Assembly (NCBI GenBank): GCA_964423835.1
Contig: CAYRGJ010000002.1
Location: 104,608-168,607 of the forward strand
DNA from: an uncultured Dehalococcoidia bacterium
GTDB lineage: Bacteria > Chloroflexota > Dehalococcoidia > UBA2247 > RBG-13-53-26
Direction: 5' to 3'
Length of the DNA: 64,000 bases
A program made the position numbers and the translations under genes. Shown piece after piece: positions 9,273 to 19,262 of this stretch. Numbering within the stretch: position 1 is the stretch's first letter; the number at the start of each line of letters is the position of its first letter. The notes beneath the pieces are model-generated. The model ran no database searches, was not told where the DNA came from, and saw only the letters and a program-made list of their open reading frames with translations.

Positions 9273-10619
9273 TCAGCCCCGGGCCTGCCCCGCCTGGTCC
9301 GCGGGACCCCGGCTCCCGGGCCCGGCCGCGCAGACTGGCCGCAGGAAGAAGGACCCCAGGGCCCCGAGCAGGGCCACGGCGGCGGCCAGCAGCAGCGCCG
9401 GGGAGAAGGAGCCACTGGCGTCAGCCATGGCGCCGGCGACGGTGGGGGCCACTGCCTGCCCGATGCCGAACAGAAGGGTGATCAGCCCCAGAGCCGCCGG
9501 GGCCAGCCTCGGCCCCAGCACGTCCCCGCAGGCGGCGGCCATGATGGCCGGGATGCTCCACGCCGAGAGGCCGAACAGCACTGCCGACAGGGTGAACCCG
9601 ATGGGCTCGGTCCACAGCGCGAAAAGGCTGAAGGCCGCCGCGTGAATAAGGTACACGATGATGAGGGCCCGCCGCCGGCCGATTACATCGGACACGGTCC
9701 CCCAGAGCAGGCCGCATACCAGGCTGACCCAGCCCATCAGCATGAAGAGGTCGCCGGCCGAGCCTTTGGTGTAGCCGCCCTTGTCCAGCAGGTGCCTGGT
9801 GAAGAAGGTCATGTAGATGATGTAGGAGAACCCGAAGGCCACGTAGACGGCCCCCAGGTGCCATACGGCCCTGGAGCGGTATACCTGGGACCAGCGTATG
9901 CCGCCCGTCAGATGCGGTCGGGCCTCATCCGCGGCGGCGCCCGTCAGCTGCGGTCGGGCCTCATCCGCGGCGGCGCCCGCCGGCTGCGGTCGGGCCTCAT
10001 CCGCGGCGGCGCCTATCGGCTGCAGCCCCAGCTCGGCCGGCCGGTTGCGCAGGAAGGCAAAGCTGCCCGCCGCCAGCAGCAGGGTGATGCCGCCGAAGAT
10101 GAACCAGCAGGCCCGCCAGCCGCTGTCCTCCCAGGCGGCCAGAACACGGGGCACCACGGCCCCGGCGAAGATGAGAGCGATGGAGGAGCCGGCCACGGCG
10201 ATGCCCGACGCCAGCCCCCGGCGCCGGCTGGCGAACCAGGCCGGCAGCAGCGCCATCACCGGCACGTTGCTGGCCCCGCTGCCGATGCCGGCGAGCACCC
10301 GCCAGGCCGCCGCGTCCGGGAAGCCCGCGGCCGCACCGGTGAGCAGCATGCCGGCGGCAGCGACCGCCAGCCCCAGGGCCACGATCACTCGGGGGCCAAA
10401 GCGGGCCGCCAGGGCCCCCCCGATGAGCGCCAGGGCCAGGTAGCCCACCAGGTTGGCCGTGGCCAGGGCGCCGGTACGCGAGTTGTCTATGTCCAGGCCG
10501 GCCTGCATGTCCGGCAGCACCATGGTATAGCCGAAGCGGGCCAGCCCCAGTGATCCGAAGACGACCAGTGTCGCCATCGCCAGGATGGCCCAGCCATAGT
10601 GAAGACGTGGCAGTTTCAT
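9273..10619 (-). CDS. MFS transporter
   Basis: 448 aa, about 12 hydrophobic segments, with a central loop carrying a tandem 12-aa repeat. Confidence 0.85.
   Translation of the reverse strand: MKLPRLHYGWAILAMATLVVFGSLGLARFGYTMVLPDMQAGLDIDNSRTGALATANLVGYLALALIGGALAARFGPRVIVALGLAVAAAGMLLTGAAAGFPDAAAWRVLAGIGSGASNVPVMALLPAWFASRRRGLASGIAVAGSSIALIFAGAVVPRVLAAWEDSGWRACWFIFGGITLLLAAGSFAFLRNRPAELGLQPIGAAADEARPQPAGAAADEARPQLTGAAADEARPHLTGGIRWSQVYRSRAVWHLGAVYVAFGFSYIIYMTFFTRHLLDKGGYTKGSAGDLFMLMGWVSLVCGLLWGTVSDVIGRRRALIIVYLIHAAAFSLFALWTEPIGFTLSAVLFGLSAWSIPAIMAAACGDVLGPRLAPAALGLITLLFGIGQAVAPTVAGAMADASGSFSPALLLAAAVALLGALGSFFLRPVCAAGPGSRGPADQAGQARG
9904..10011. repeat. 3 x 36-bp in-frame tandem repeat inside the MFS gene
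   Basis: cccgtcag(a/c)tgcggtcgggcctcatccgcggcggcg occurs three times (9904, 9940, 9976). It encodes (AAADEARPxLTG)x3 on the minus strand. Confidence 0.9.
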
Positions 10620-10679
10620 GACGGCAACAAAAGAGCGGCGCCGTCTCCGGCGCCGCTCGCGGGTTCCGACACGCCGGCC

Positions 10680-11630
10680 CTACGCCTTGGGGGCCTGGGG
10701 CGGGGCGGGGGGAGCCGGGTTCACCCAGTTGACCAGCAGGAACTTGGGCACCAGCTCCTCCAGCTCTTCAATGGTCCACTTCTCGCCCTTGCGATGGTCC
10801 TTGTGGATGGTCTTGACCAGCTCGTTGGCGGAGTAGATGCCCACCGTGCCGCCGGCAGCCCTGAAGGACAGGAAGTTGATGTTGGCCGCGGCATCAGTGC
10901 AGAGGTAGACCACGATCGGAGCGGTGAACTCCGGGCCGGGCATGGACAGGCGGTCCTCCAGCACCTGCTTGGTGATCTTGCCCTCTTCGTATTGTCTCTG
11001 GAAGTTGGCCTTGACCTTGTCATTCATGGTCATCCTGGTCGCAGCCATGGGCACCAGGCAGTTGCAGGTAATGCCAAAGCGGCCGTTCTCCATGGCTATC
11101 ACCCGGGAGAGGCTGGTTATGGCGCCCTTGGCCGCGGCGTAGTTGGCCTGGCCCGGGGCGAAGCCCAGCCAGGCGGCCGAGCTGGGGTTGATGATCCGGC
11201 CCCAGTTCTGCTTCCTCATGTACGGGAGGGCGTGGCGGCAGGTGTTGAAGGTGCCCTTGAGGTGCACCTTGATCACCTCGTCCCAGTCCTCCTCCGACAT
11301 GTTGTGCAGCATCTTGTCCCGCAGAACGCCCTGCGAGTTGACCAGTATGTCGATCTTGCCGAAGGTATCCACGCAGGCCTTGATCAGCCTCTCGGCCGCG
11401 GCGAAATCCCCCGCGTTCTCGAAGCTGGCGATGGCGGTGCCGCCGGCCTTCTTGATATCCTCAGCGGTCTCTTCCGCCGGAGGCAGGCTGTGGCCCTCCT
11501 CGGCCTTCCGGGTGACCCCATTGACCACTACCTTGGCGCCCTCAGCCGCCAGCCCCAGCGCTATCTCGCGGCCAATGCCCCTGCCTCCGCCGGTGACCAC
11601 CGCGCACTTGCCTTCTAGCCTTTTCCCCAT
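10680..11630 (-). CDS. short-chain dehydrogenase/reductase (SDR)
   Basis: KCAVVTGGGRGIGREIAL cofactor motif. YAAAK catalytic motif (NYAAAKGA). Confidence 0.85.
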   Translation of the reverse strand: MGKRLEGKCAVVTGGGRGIGREIALGLAAEGAKVVVNGVTRKAEEGHSLPPAEETAEDIKKAGGTAIASFENAGDFAAAERLIKACVDTFGKIDILVNSQGVLRDKMLHNMSEEDWDEVIKVHLKGTFNTCRHALPYMRKQNWGRIINPSSAAWLGFAPGQANYAAAKGAITSLSRVIAMENGRFGITCNCLVPMAATRMTMNDKVKANFQRQYEEGKITKQVLEDRLSMPGPEFTAPIVVYLCTDAAANINFLSFRAAGGTVGIYSANELVKTIHKDHRKGEKWTIEELEELVPKFLLVNWVNPAPPAPPQAPKA

Positions 11631-11736
11631 GTCCTAACTACCTCCTTACAAATACTGGGATAAGGACAGGGCGCCGATCCGAGACACGACAGCATCATGT
11701 CGAAATCGACGCCCCATAGCTCATTTCCCCTGGAGC

Positions 11737-12954
11737 CTAAACGTCAGGCGCTCCGGTGATGGTGATGCCACAGATGAACTGCCCCGGGAAGCCGCCCTGG
11801 TTGTGGGCCAGGCCGAACTTCACGTCCTTGAGCTGCCGGGACGGATCCTGGACCCTCTTCTGGAACTGCAGGTAGAACTCCATGACTTCGCGGCAGCCGC
11901 TGGCCCCAATGGGATGGCCGAACGACTTCAAGCCGCCGCTGATGCCGATGGGTATCTCGCCTTCCTGCTCCCAGGCCCCGGACTCGACGTCCTCCTTGCC
12001 CTTGCCGTAGGGGCAGATGCCCATGGACTCAACGCCCACCAGCTCGGCGATGGAGAAGCAGTCGTGAACCTCAGCCAGGCTCAGCTCCTTCCGAGGGTTC
12101 TTGATGCCCGCCTGGGCAAAGGCCTGCTTGGCCGCCGCCTCGGTGGCATCCCAGTAGGTGAAGTCGAACCGGGGGTCTTCTTTGCCCCACCCAGGGCTGG
12201 CGGCGACGCCGAAGCCCTTGATGGTGATGTAGTCATGCTTGTGGTTGACCGCGTACTTGGGCACGTCCTCCGTGCGGCACATCACCGCCGCGCCGGCGCC
12301 ATCGGTGACGCCGCAGCAGTCGAAGAGGCCCAGAGGCCAGGCGATTATGGGAGCGTTCATGGCCTGCTCCACGGTGATCTCCCGGCGCAGCATGGCCCGG
12401 GGGTTGCGGGCGCCATTGTGATGGCTCTTCACCGAGATCTTGGCCAGGGTCCTCTTGCCCTCCTCCTTGGAGAGGCCCCACTTCCGGAAGTAGGCGGTGG
12501 CCGCCAGGGCATAGCGGCCGGGGGCGGCGCCGAACTCCTGGGCATACATGGGATAGACCATGCCCGGAGCGCCGGCCGTGGCCATGCCGCCAAAGCCGAC
12601 ATCCTTCAGCTTCTCAAAGCCCACCGCCAGGACCAGGTCGTACTGCTTGGAGGCCAGGCCGAGGGCCGCCCCGCGGATAACCTCCGCACCCGACGCGCAG
12701 CCGTTCTCCACCCTGGTTATGGGGATCTGCTGCAGCTGCAGCGTCTGGGAGATCACCACGCCGGTGGTGGCCGTCTCGTTCTGGTAGTAGCCCGTCCAGC
12801 AGGCGTCGATCTGCTTCTTGTCTATGCCAGCGTCGGTGAAGGCCTCGTTGCAGGCCTCGCTGATGAGGTCAAAGAGGCCGTAGTTCCAAAGCTCGCCCCA
12901 CTTGGACAGCCCCATGCCGATGATCGCTACTTTATCTCGAATACTCTCTGCCAT
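11737..12954 (-). CDS. thiolase-family protein (SCPx / nonspecific lipid-transfer type)
   Basis: Nucleophile motif VENGCASGAE and C-terminal GHPIGASGCREV. Confidence 0.85.
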   Translation of the reverse strand: MAESIRDKVAIIGMGLSKWGELWNYGLFDLISEACNEAFTDAGIDKKQIDACWTGYYQNETATTGVVISQTLQLQQIPITRVENGCASGAEVIRGAALGLASKQYDLVLAVGFEKLKDVGFGGMATAGAPGMVYPMYAQEFGAAPGRYALAATAYFRKWGLSKEEGKRTLAKISVKSHHNGARNPRAMLRREITVEQAMNAPIIAWPLGLFDCCGVTDGAGAAVMCRTEDVPKYAVNHKHDYITIKGFGVAASPGWGKEDPRFDFTYWDATEAAAKQAFAQAGIKNPRKELSLAEVHDCFSIAELVGVESMGICPYGKGKEDVESGAWEQEGEIPIGISGGLKSFGHPIGASGCREVMEFYLQFQKRVQDPSRQLKDVKFGLAHNQGGFPGQFICGITITGAPDV

Positions 12955-12988
12955 CTTTTCTATACTCCTACATCAAAGATCCGGCGAC

Positions 12989-14419
12989 CTAGCACCGTAT
13001 GGGGCGGGCCTTCCACATGTAGTTGCGGAAGCCTGTCCCCTCCCGGCCACCATCGAAGAACAATCTGAAGGTAAGCTCCATGGGCATGCCCACCTCGACC
13101 TTGGCCGGATCGCGGTCCGTCAGCTGGGAGTAATACCGGCCGCCACCGTCCAGGTCGATGACGCCCCTGATCAAGGGCAGTATGATCTCGTTGGCGCGCT
13201 CGTCGATGCTGTAGGTGAAGAGCTTTCCGGTCTTGTCAGACAGGCGGACCGGCTCGAACTGGCCCTCGACCAGGCAGTACATGCAGGCCGTCTGCCGGGG
13301 ATACTGGATGCCGCCGCACTTCTTGCACTTCTGCCCATAGGCGGCGTAGAAGGCCTTCCGCTCCCTCCAGACAAACGACACGGCGGTGCGCCGCACCGGG
13401 CGCACGCTGGGGGCCCACTCCATCATGTCCCGCATCCGCAGGTAGACGCCATAGTTAGCCAGCATGGCCTTGGAGGCCAGGTGCTTCTTTATGCCGCGCC
13501 TGTCGCGCACCTTCTCGATCTGGGGCTGCACCTGCAGCACGTAGGCATCGGCCCCATCTCCGTAGTTGGCGAAGAGGATCTTGTCCCCCGGCTTGGCATC
13601 CTCCAGGGCCCGCACCAGGGTCATGGGGGCCGTGGCGGAGCCGGTGTCGCCCACCACGTCAAACAGCGGCGCCACCACCTGGGTCTTGGCATCCAGGCCA
13701 ACCTTCTGGGCCACCGCGCCATGGCTCCGGGCGTCGGCGCCGTTGAAGACCGCCTTGGCGAAGTCCTTGGGGCCCACGCCGCACTTCTTCATCACGCCCT
13801 TGATGGCCTCAGGCAGGATCCTCTCCCACCCTTCGTCCTTGACGAAGCGGTCCTCCCAGGTCCAGTGGAACTTGTCCTTGGCCTTCAGCCAGGTGTCGAG
13901 GAACTCGCTGGACACGCTGTAGCTGCCTTCCACGCTCACCGCCACATCCGAGTCGCCGATGATGAACGCGGCCGCGCCATCGCCCAGATTGGGCTCCATG
14001 TCAGAGGCGGGCGCCGGCAGGCGGGTGTCGGAGGCCACCACCGCCACCCTCTTGGCCGCCCCGGCCTTGACCGCATTAACCGCAGCGTTGAGGGCATTGG
14101 TCCCCGACCGGATGGAATTGCCGAAGTCCGCGCTGTCGATGTCATCGCGAAGGTCCGCGGCCGCCTTGACGATGCTGGCGGACTGCTTCTCCCTGTAGGG
14201 CGCGGTCACCGAGGCGAAATAGATGCCATCGACCTTCTGGCGGTCCATGCCCGTCAGGGCGTCGACGACCGCCTCCACCGCCATGGTGATGCTGTCCTCG
14301 TCCACATTGGCGATGGCCTTCTCGCCTTTGCCCGCTGACTTGCCCCAGACCTGGCCGAGCACGTCCCGGCTCATTCTGAACATGGGAATGTAGGCACCAT
14401 AAGAGACAATTCCTACCAT
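12989..14419 (-). CDS. HMG-CoA-synthase-like domain fused to a DUF35 Zn-ribbon/OB-fold domain; catalytic Cys and His are absent
   Basis: N-terminus IVSYGAYIP..GEKAIANVDEDSITMAVEA resembles archaeal HMGCS. C-terminus has CKKCGG..(x9)..CMYC followed by an OB-like tail (DUF35). There is no Cys in the first ~210 residues. Confidence 0.8.
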   Translation of the reverse strand: MVGIVSYGAYIPMFRMSRDVLGQVWGKSAGKGEKAIANVDEDSITMAVEAVVDALTGMDRQKVDGIYFASVTAPYREKQSASIVKAAADLRDDIDSADFGNSIRSGTNALNAAVNAVKAGAAKRVAVVASDTRLPAPASDMEPNLGDGAAAFIIGDSDVAVSVEGSYSVSSEFLDTWLKAKDKFHWTWEDRFVKDEGWERILPEAIKGVMKKCGVGPKDFAKAVFNGADARSHGAVAQKVGLDAKTQVVAPLFDVVGDTGSATAPMTLVRALEDAKPGDKILFANYGDGADAYVLQVQPQIEKVRDRRGIKKHLASKAMLANYGVYLRMRDMMEWAPSVRPVRRTAVSFVWRERKAFYAAYGQKCKKCGGIQYPRQTACMYCLVEGQFEPVRLSDKTGKLFTYSIDERANEIILPLIRGVIDLDGGGRYYSQLTDRDPAKVEVGMPMELTFRLFFDGGREGTGFRNYMWKARPIRC

Positions 14420-14649
14420 ACTACTGCTCCTTTGCTCCTTTCCGGGGTTTCGTAATCCAGACTGCGGAAGATGTGCCTAGGGGTCTTAAGACTGATGAGA
14501 AACTGCTGGGCTGCCGTTTCACTGGAGATCTGCTCGGCGCGGGTACAAAGTCCAGTCTCATGCCAGTCTCTTTTATGATAAGGTAGCGCGTGATCGCGTG
14601 TCAATTTGACGTGTAGTTGGCCGGGGGCCCGCATGCTACAATATGTCCC

Positions 14650-15183
14650 ATGGGGAACAACGCGGTGAAAAGAGCCGCGGCCGCGCGCTACACTCCCGAG
14701 GAAGTCTGGGAAGCCGACGCCGGCATCATGACGCTCGGCGAGAACGAGCTGCGCGCGCTGGTATCAGAGGCGCTCTCCAGGGTGCCGAGGCGGGTGGCCG
14801 ACAGGGTGTTCGCCGGGTGCATCTTTATCATGGCCAAGTTCGAGTGGGGAGCGGGGACCTACATCCCGAAGGAGCTGCTCCAGGGCAAGTGCGTCATCGC
14901 CCTGTCCGAGAAGCTCATGGACGAAGACCGGGAGAGCGCCATACGCACCATCCTGCACGAGGTGGCCCACTTCTACCTGGAGCACGTGCCTCCGGGGCTG
15001 GCCACTGACCTGGGGGAGAGCTGCGACTGCCGGCAGGAGGAGGAGGCGGAACGCCAGGCCGGCCGCTGGCTTCGGGCGGCCGCCGGGGCCCGGCCGGAGC
15101 GGGGCAGGGCGCGGCGGAGAAGCAGCGCCGGGCGGATGGAACCAGAGAGCAGGCCCGAAGCAGAGGTATCGCGGAGACGTTGA
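14650..15183 (+). CDS. hypothetical protein with an HExxH metallopeptidase-like motif and an Arg-rich tail
   Basis: ILHEVAHFYLEH. ATG at 14650 preferred over TTG at 14617. Confidence 0.5.
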   Translation: MGNNAVKRAAAARYTPEEVWEADAGIMTLGENELRALVSEALSRVPRRVADRVFAGCIFIMAKFEWGAGTYIPKELLQGKCVIALSEKLMDEDRESAIRTILHEVAHFYLEHVPPGLATDLGESCDCRQEEEAERQAGRWLRAAAGARPERGRARRRSSAGRMEPESRPEAEVSRRR

Positions 15184-15212
15184 TCAGGCAGGAGCCTGTC
15201 TGAGAGGAGAGC

Positions 15213-17624
15213 ATGTACACAGACGCATCGAAACCCATCCCGGCACGGGTGGAGGATCTCATCTCCCGCATGACGCTGGAGGAGAAGGTGGCGCAGCTGT
15301 GCGGCTGCTGGCATTTTGATCTGCTGGGCCCGTCCGGATACGAGCCCGGGCGGATGGAGTCCAGACTGGCTCAGGGGATCGGCCAGGTCTCCCGCCTGGC
15401 CGGCATGAGCCCGGAGCCGCCGGCCCAGACCGCGGCGGCGGTCAACACCATTCAGCACTACCTCCTGGAGAGCACCCGCCTGGGGATCCCGGCCATATTC
15501 CACGAGGAGTGCCTCTGCGGATACCAGGCCAGCCAGGGCACCGTGTTCCCGCAGGCCATCGGCCTGGCGGCCACCTGGGACCCGGAGCTGGTCCGCCGGA
15601 TGACTGACGCCATCCGGCTGGAGATGTTGGCGGCGGGCGCCAGGCAGGGCCTGGCTCCGGTGCTGGACATCACCCGCGATCCCCGCTGGGGGCGCACCGA
15701 GGAGACCTTTGGCGAAGACCCCTACCTGGCCTCCGCCATGGGGAAGGCCTACGTGCAGGGGCTGCAGGGCGAACGCCTGTCCGAGGGCGTTATGGCCACG
15801 GCCAAGCACTTTATCGGCTACGGGTGCTCCGAGGGAGGTCTGAACTGGGCCCCGGCGCACGTTCAGCCGCGGGAGCGGCGCGAGGTCTTTGCCCGGCCGT
15901 TCGAGACGGCGATACGGGAGGCCGGGCTGGCCTCCGTGATGAACGCCTACAACGAGATCGACGGCATCCCCTGTACGGTATCGCGGGAGCTGCTGACGGA
16001 CTTCCTGCGCGGGCAGCTGGGCTTCCAGGGCCTGCTGGTCTCGGACTACATGGCCATCGAGAGCGCCTGCCACTATCACCGGGTGGCCCGGGACTTCAAG
16101 GAGGCCGGGATCCAGGCCCTCCGGGCCGGCATGGATGTGGAGCTGCCTTCCGCCACCGCATACAGCTTCCTGACGGCCGCGGTCCGGGACGGTCTGGTAG
16201 ATGAGGCCACCGTCGATGCCTCGGTGCGCCGGATGCTGGAGGCCAAGTTCCGGCTGGGCCTTTTCGAGAAGCCCTACGTGGACACGGGCCGCACTGCGGA
16301 GGCCTTTGGCCGGCCGGAGGCCGCGGACATATCGCACCGCCTGGCCCTGGAGTCCATGACCCTGCTGAAGAACCAGGACAGCCTCCTTCCCCTGGGCTCC
16401 CACCTGAAGAAGATCGCCGTCATCGGGCCGCTGTCCGACAGCATCCGCTGCCTGCTGGGGGACTACAACTACGTCAGCTTCACCGAGGGCGTGGTCGGCA
16501 CGTTCCAGTCCATGGCCAGGGAGGCCGGCATCGACCCCGCTGAACTGGGAGGGTTCGTCGGTCACCATGCCACCGCCTTCAGCGATTTCATGGAGCCGTC
16601 GGATGAGGAGGGCATCGCCCGCCAGAACTACGGGGAGCCCACCATCCTCGAGGCGGTGAGGTCACTGGCCGGAGATAGCGTCACCATCAGGCACGCCCGG
16701 GGCTGCGGCCTGAACTGCAATGACCGCACCCAGATCCAGGGGGCCATTGACGCCGCCAGGGCCTCCGACATCGCCGTCCTGGTGCTGGGAGGCAAGTCCG
16801 GGCTGGACGGCTCCTGCACCTGCGGGGAGACGCGGGACAGCGCCACCCTGGACCTGCCCGGGGTGCAGCAGGAGCTCCTGGAGGCGGTCCATGCCACCGG
16901 TACGCCGGTGGTCCTGGTCGTGGTCAGCGGCCGTCCCCTGGCCCTCGCCTGGGCCGCCGAGAACATCGGGGCCATACTGCTGGCCTGGGTGCCCGGCCAG
17001 GAAGGGGGCCGGGCCGTCGCCGACATCCTCTTCGGCCGGGCCGCGCCGGGGGGCCGCCTGCCCATGTCCGTGCCACGGAGCGTGGGACAGGTCCCGGTGT
17101 ACCACGGCCACAAGCCATCCGGCTGTCGCTCTCAGTTCACCGGCCACTATGCCGACCTGCCTGCCAGCCCGCTCTATCCCTTCGGCTACGGCCTGGGCTA
17201 CACCTCCTTCGAGTACGGCCAACTTCGCATCAGCCCAGAGGACGTCGAGAGCGGGGGAACGGTACACGTCTCCTGCAACGTGAGGAACACCGGCCAGGCG
17301 CCCGGCGACGAGGTGGTCCAGCTGTACGTCCACGATCGGGAGGCCGAAGTCACCCGCCCGATGGCAGAGCTGGCCGGCTTCTGCCGGCTGCATCTGCGCC
17401 CGGGGGAGACCCGGACGGTGTCCTTTGCCTTGAAGACCGGGCAGCTGGCCTTCTGCAACACCGCCATGGAGCTGGTGGTGGAGCCGGGGAACATCGATGT
17501 CATGGTGGGCGCTTCGAGCGAGGACATCCGACTCATGGGCGAGTTCCGGATCATCGGCCGGGCGCTCCGGATAGAGGGAGCCCGCCCGCTCACATCCGAG
17601 GCCAGGCACCACCAGGCGAAGTGA
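15213..17624 (+). CDS. glycoside hydrolase family 3 beta-glucosidase-like
   Basis: MTLEEKVAQL.., KHFIGYG, GLLVSDY, and a C-terminal Fn3-like region. 803 aa. Confidence 0.9.
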   Translation: MYTDASKPIPARVEDLISRMTLEEKVAQLCGCWHFDLLGPSGYEPGRMESRLAQGIGQVSRLAGMSPEPPAQTAAAVNTIQHYLLESTRLGIPAIFHEECLCGYQASQGTVFPQAIGLAATWDPELVRRMTDAIRLEMLAAGARQGLAPVLDITRDPRWGRTEETFGEDPYLASAMGKAYVQGLQGERLSEGVMATAKHFIGYGCSEGGLNWAPAHVQPRERREVFARPFETAIREAGLASVMNAYNEIDGIPCTVSRELLTDFLRGQLGFQGLLVSDYMAIESACHYHRVARDFKEAGIQALRAGMDVELPSATAYSFLTAAVRDGLVDEATVDASVRRMLEAKFRLGLFEKPYVDTGRTAEAFGRPEAADISHRLALESMTLLKNQDSLLPLGSHLKKIAVIGPLSDSIRCLLGDYNYVSFTEGVVGTFQSMAREAGIDPAELGGFVGHHATAFSDFMEPSDEEGIARQNYGEPTILEAVRSLAGDSVTIRHARGCGLNCNDRTQIQGAIDAARASDIAVLVLGGKSGLDGSCTCGETRDSATLDLPGVQQELLEAVHATGTPVVLVVVSGRPLALAWAAENIGAILLAWVPGQEGGRAVADILFGRAAPGGRLPMSVPRSVGQVPVYHGHKPSGCRSQFTGHYADLPASPLYPFGYGLGYTSFEYGQLRISPEDVESGGTVHVSCNVRNTGQAPGDEVVQLYVHDREAEVTRPMAELAGFCRLHLRPGETRTVSFALKTGQLAFCNTAMELVVEPGNIDVMVGASSEDIRLMGEFRIIGRALRIEGARPLTSEARHHQAK

Positions 17625-17728
17625 AGGCCGGCAGGCGCCCCACGGCGCCTCTCCGAACCACAGCCGGCCCGGCGACCCCGCCGGCGTGAGCATCTTGTGA
17701 CGGCCCCTCACCCGGCCGAGATACCCCG

Positions 17729-19228
17729 GTGAGCGATGCCAAATATACTCTTGCCAAACGCACCGGGGAGCGGAGGCCGGTGGGGCCTGGTGCTCCTCCA
17801 AGGAGACACCGCTTGTCCAGAGAGCGCGACTTCACCGCGCCAGGCGGCGAGGTCCTGGCTGAAGTGGACGGCTGCCTGAAGGCGGTCCTCAACACCGCCC
17901 GGGACGGCATGGCCCTGATCGACGCCGCCGGCTCGGTCATCGCCGTAAACAGGGCCGCGGTCCAGCTCTCCGGCTACGCCGAGGAGGAGATGTTAGGACG
18001 CCCCTTCGAGGTGCTGCGCCTGTTCCCCCTCAGCGCCCTGGCCAACCTGGAGACCAATTTCAAGGGCGCGCTTTCGGGCCTCGAGCTGCCGCCCTTCGAG
18101 GCGGAGATCTGCACCCGCTGGGGCGACCGCACCCGGGCCGAGATCCAGCTCAGCCCGTGGAAGACGGACGGCCGGGTAGCCGGGGTCATTGCCGTGATGA
18201 GGGAAATTGAGAGCGGTCGGGGCCTGCTGAGCATCACCGCCTCCGGCGGCAGGGAAGACCGCTTCCGGGCTCTGGTGGAAACCACCAGCGACATTATCTG
18301 GGAGTTTGACTGCAAGGCCGTCTACACCTATGTCAGCCCGCAGGTGCTGGACACGCTGGGATACAGCCCTGAGGAGGTCCTGGGCAAGACCCCTTTTGAC
18401 TTTGTCCCGCTGTCGGAGGCCCGCCGCCTGACCAGGATCATCGCGGAGGCCGTTTCCTCGCTGCAGCCCCTCAGCGGAGTGGAGATGGCCAGCCGCCACA
18501 AGAGCGGCCAGACAGTCTACCTGGAGACCAGCGGCCTGCCCTTCAGGGACGCCAGCGGAACATTCTCCGGGTATCGTGGCGTCCATCGCGACGTGAGCCG
18601 GCGCCGGGAGGCGGACGAGCAGGTCCACCAGACCATCAGGAAGCTGGAGTCCACCGTGGAGAGCGTCATCGAGGCCATCTCGCTGACCGTGGAGATGAGG
18701 GACCAGTACACGGCGGGACATCAGAAGAGGGTGAACCAGCTGGCCTGCGCCATCGCCCGGGAGATGCACCTGCCCATCGACCGGGTCCAGGTCATCCGCG
18801 TCGCCGGACTGCTCCACGACTTCGGCAAGATATTCATTCCCCAGGAGATACTGATCAAGCCAGGCCGGCTCAACGAGCTGGAGTTCTCCCTCATCAGGTC
18901 GCATCCGCAGTCGGGCTACAACGTGCTGAAGAGCATCGAGTTCCCCTGGCCGATCGCCGATATCGTGGTTCAGCACCACGAGAGGCTGGACGGGTCGGGC
19001 TACCCGGCGCGCCTGCAGGGGGACCAGATCGGGCTCGAAGCCCGGATCCTGGCCGTGGCCGACGTGGTAGAGGCCATGACCTTTCACCGCTCATATCGGC
19101 CAGCCCTGGGGCTGGACACCGCGCTGCGGGAAATCCGCCGGAACTCGTCCACGCTCTACGACGGCGCGGTGGTCGAGGCCTGCCTGGACACCTTCCTGGA
19201 CCGCAGCTTCGAGTGGCAGAACGTCTGA
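17729..19228 (+). CDS. PAS-PAS-HD-GYP domain protein (putative c-di-GMP phosphodiesterase)
   Basis: Two PAS-like segments, then HD..HDFGK..HHERLDGSGYP. The GTG start is uncertain. Confidence 0.8.
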   Translation: MSDAKYTLAKRTGERRPVGPGAPPRRHRLSRERDFTAPGGEVLAEVDGCLKAVLNTARDGMALIDAAGSVIAVNRAAVQLSGYAEEEMLGRPFEVLRLFPLSALANLETNFKGALSGLELPPFEAEICTRWGDRTRAEIQLSPWKTDGRVAGVIAVMREIESGRGLLSITASGGREDRFRALVETTSDIIWEFDCKAVYTYVSPQVLDTLGYSPEEVLGKTPFDFVPLSEARRLTRIIAEAVSSLQPLSGVEMASRHKSGQTVYLETSGLPFRDASGTFSGYRGVHRDVSRRREADEQVHQTIRKLESTVESVIEAISLTVEMRDQYTAGHQKRVNQLACAIAREMHLPIDRVQVIRVAGLLHDFGKIFIPQEILIKPGRLNELEFSLIRSHPQSGYNVLKSIEFPWPIADIVVQHHERLDGSGYPARLQGDQIGLEARILAVADVVEAMTFHRSYRPALGLDTALREIRRNSSTLYDGAVVEACLDTFLDRSFEWQNV

Positions 19229-19262
19229 GGGTGCGCCCCGGGCCCCGGCGCCTCCGAGTGCG

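Noticed and set aside
9904-10011. CRISPR-like regular repeats (36-bp units here; 24-nt direct repeats at 63006-63086).
   Set aside because: The 36-bp units are contiguous with no spacers and lie in-frame inside an MFS gene. The 24-mers occur only twice. There are no cas genes in the window.
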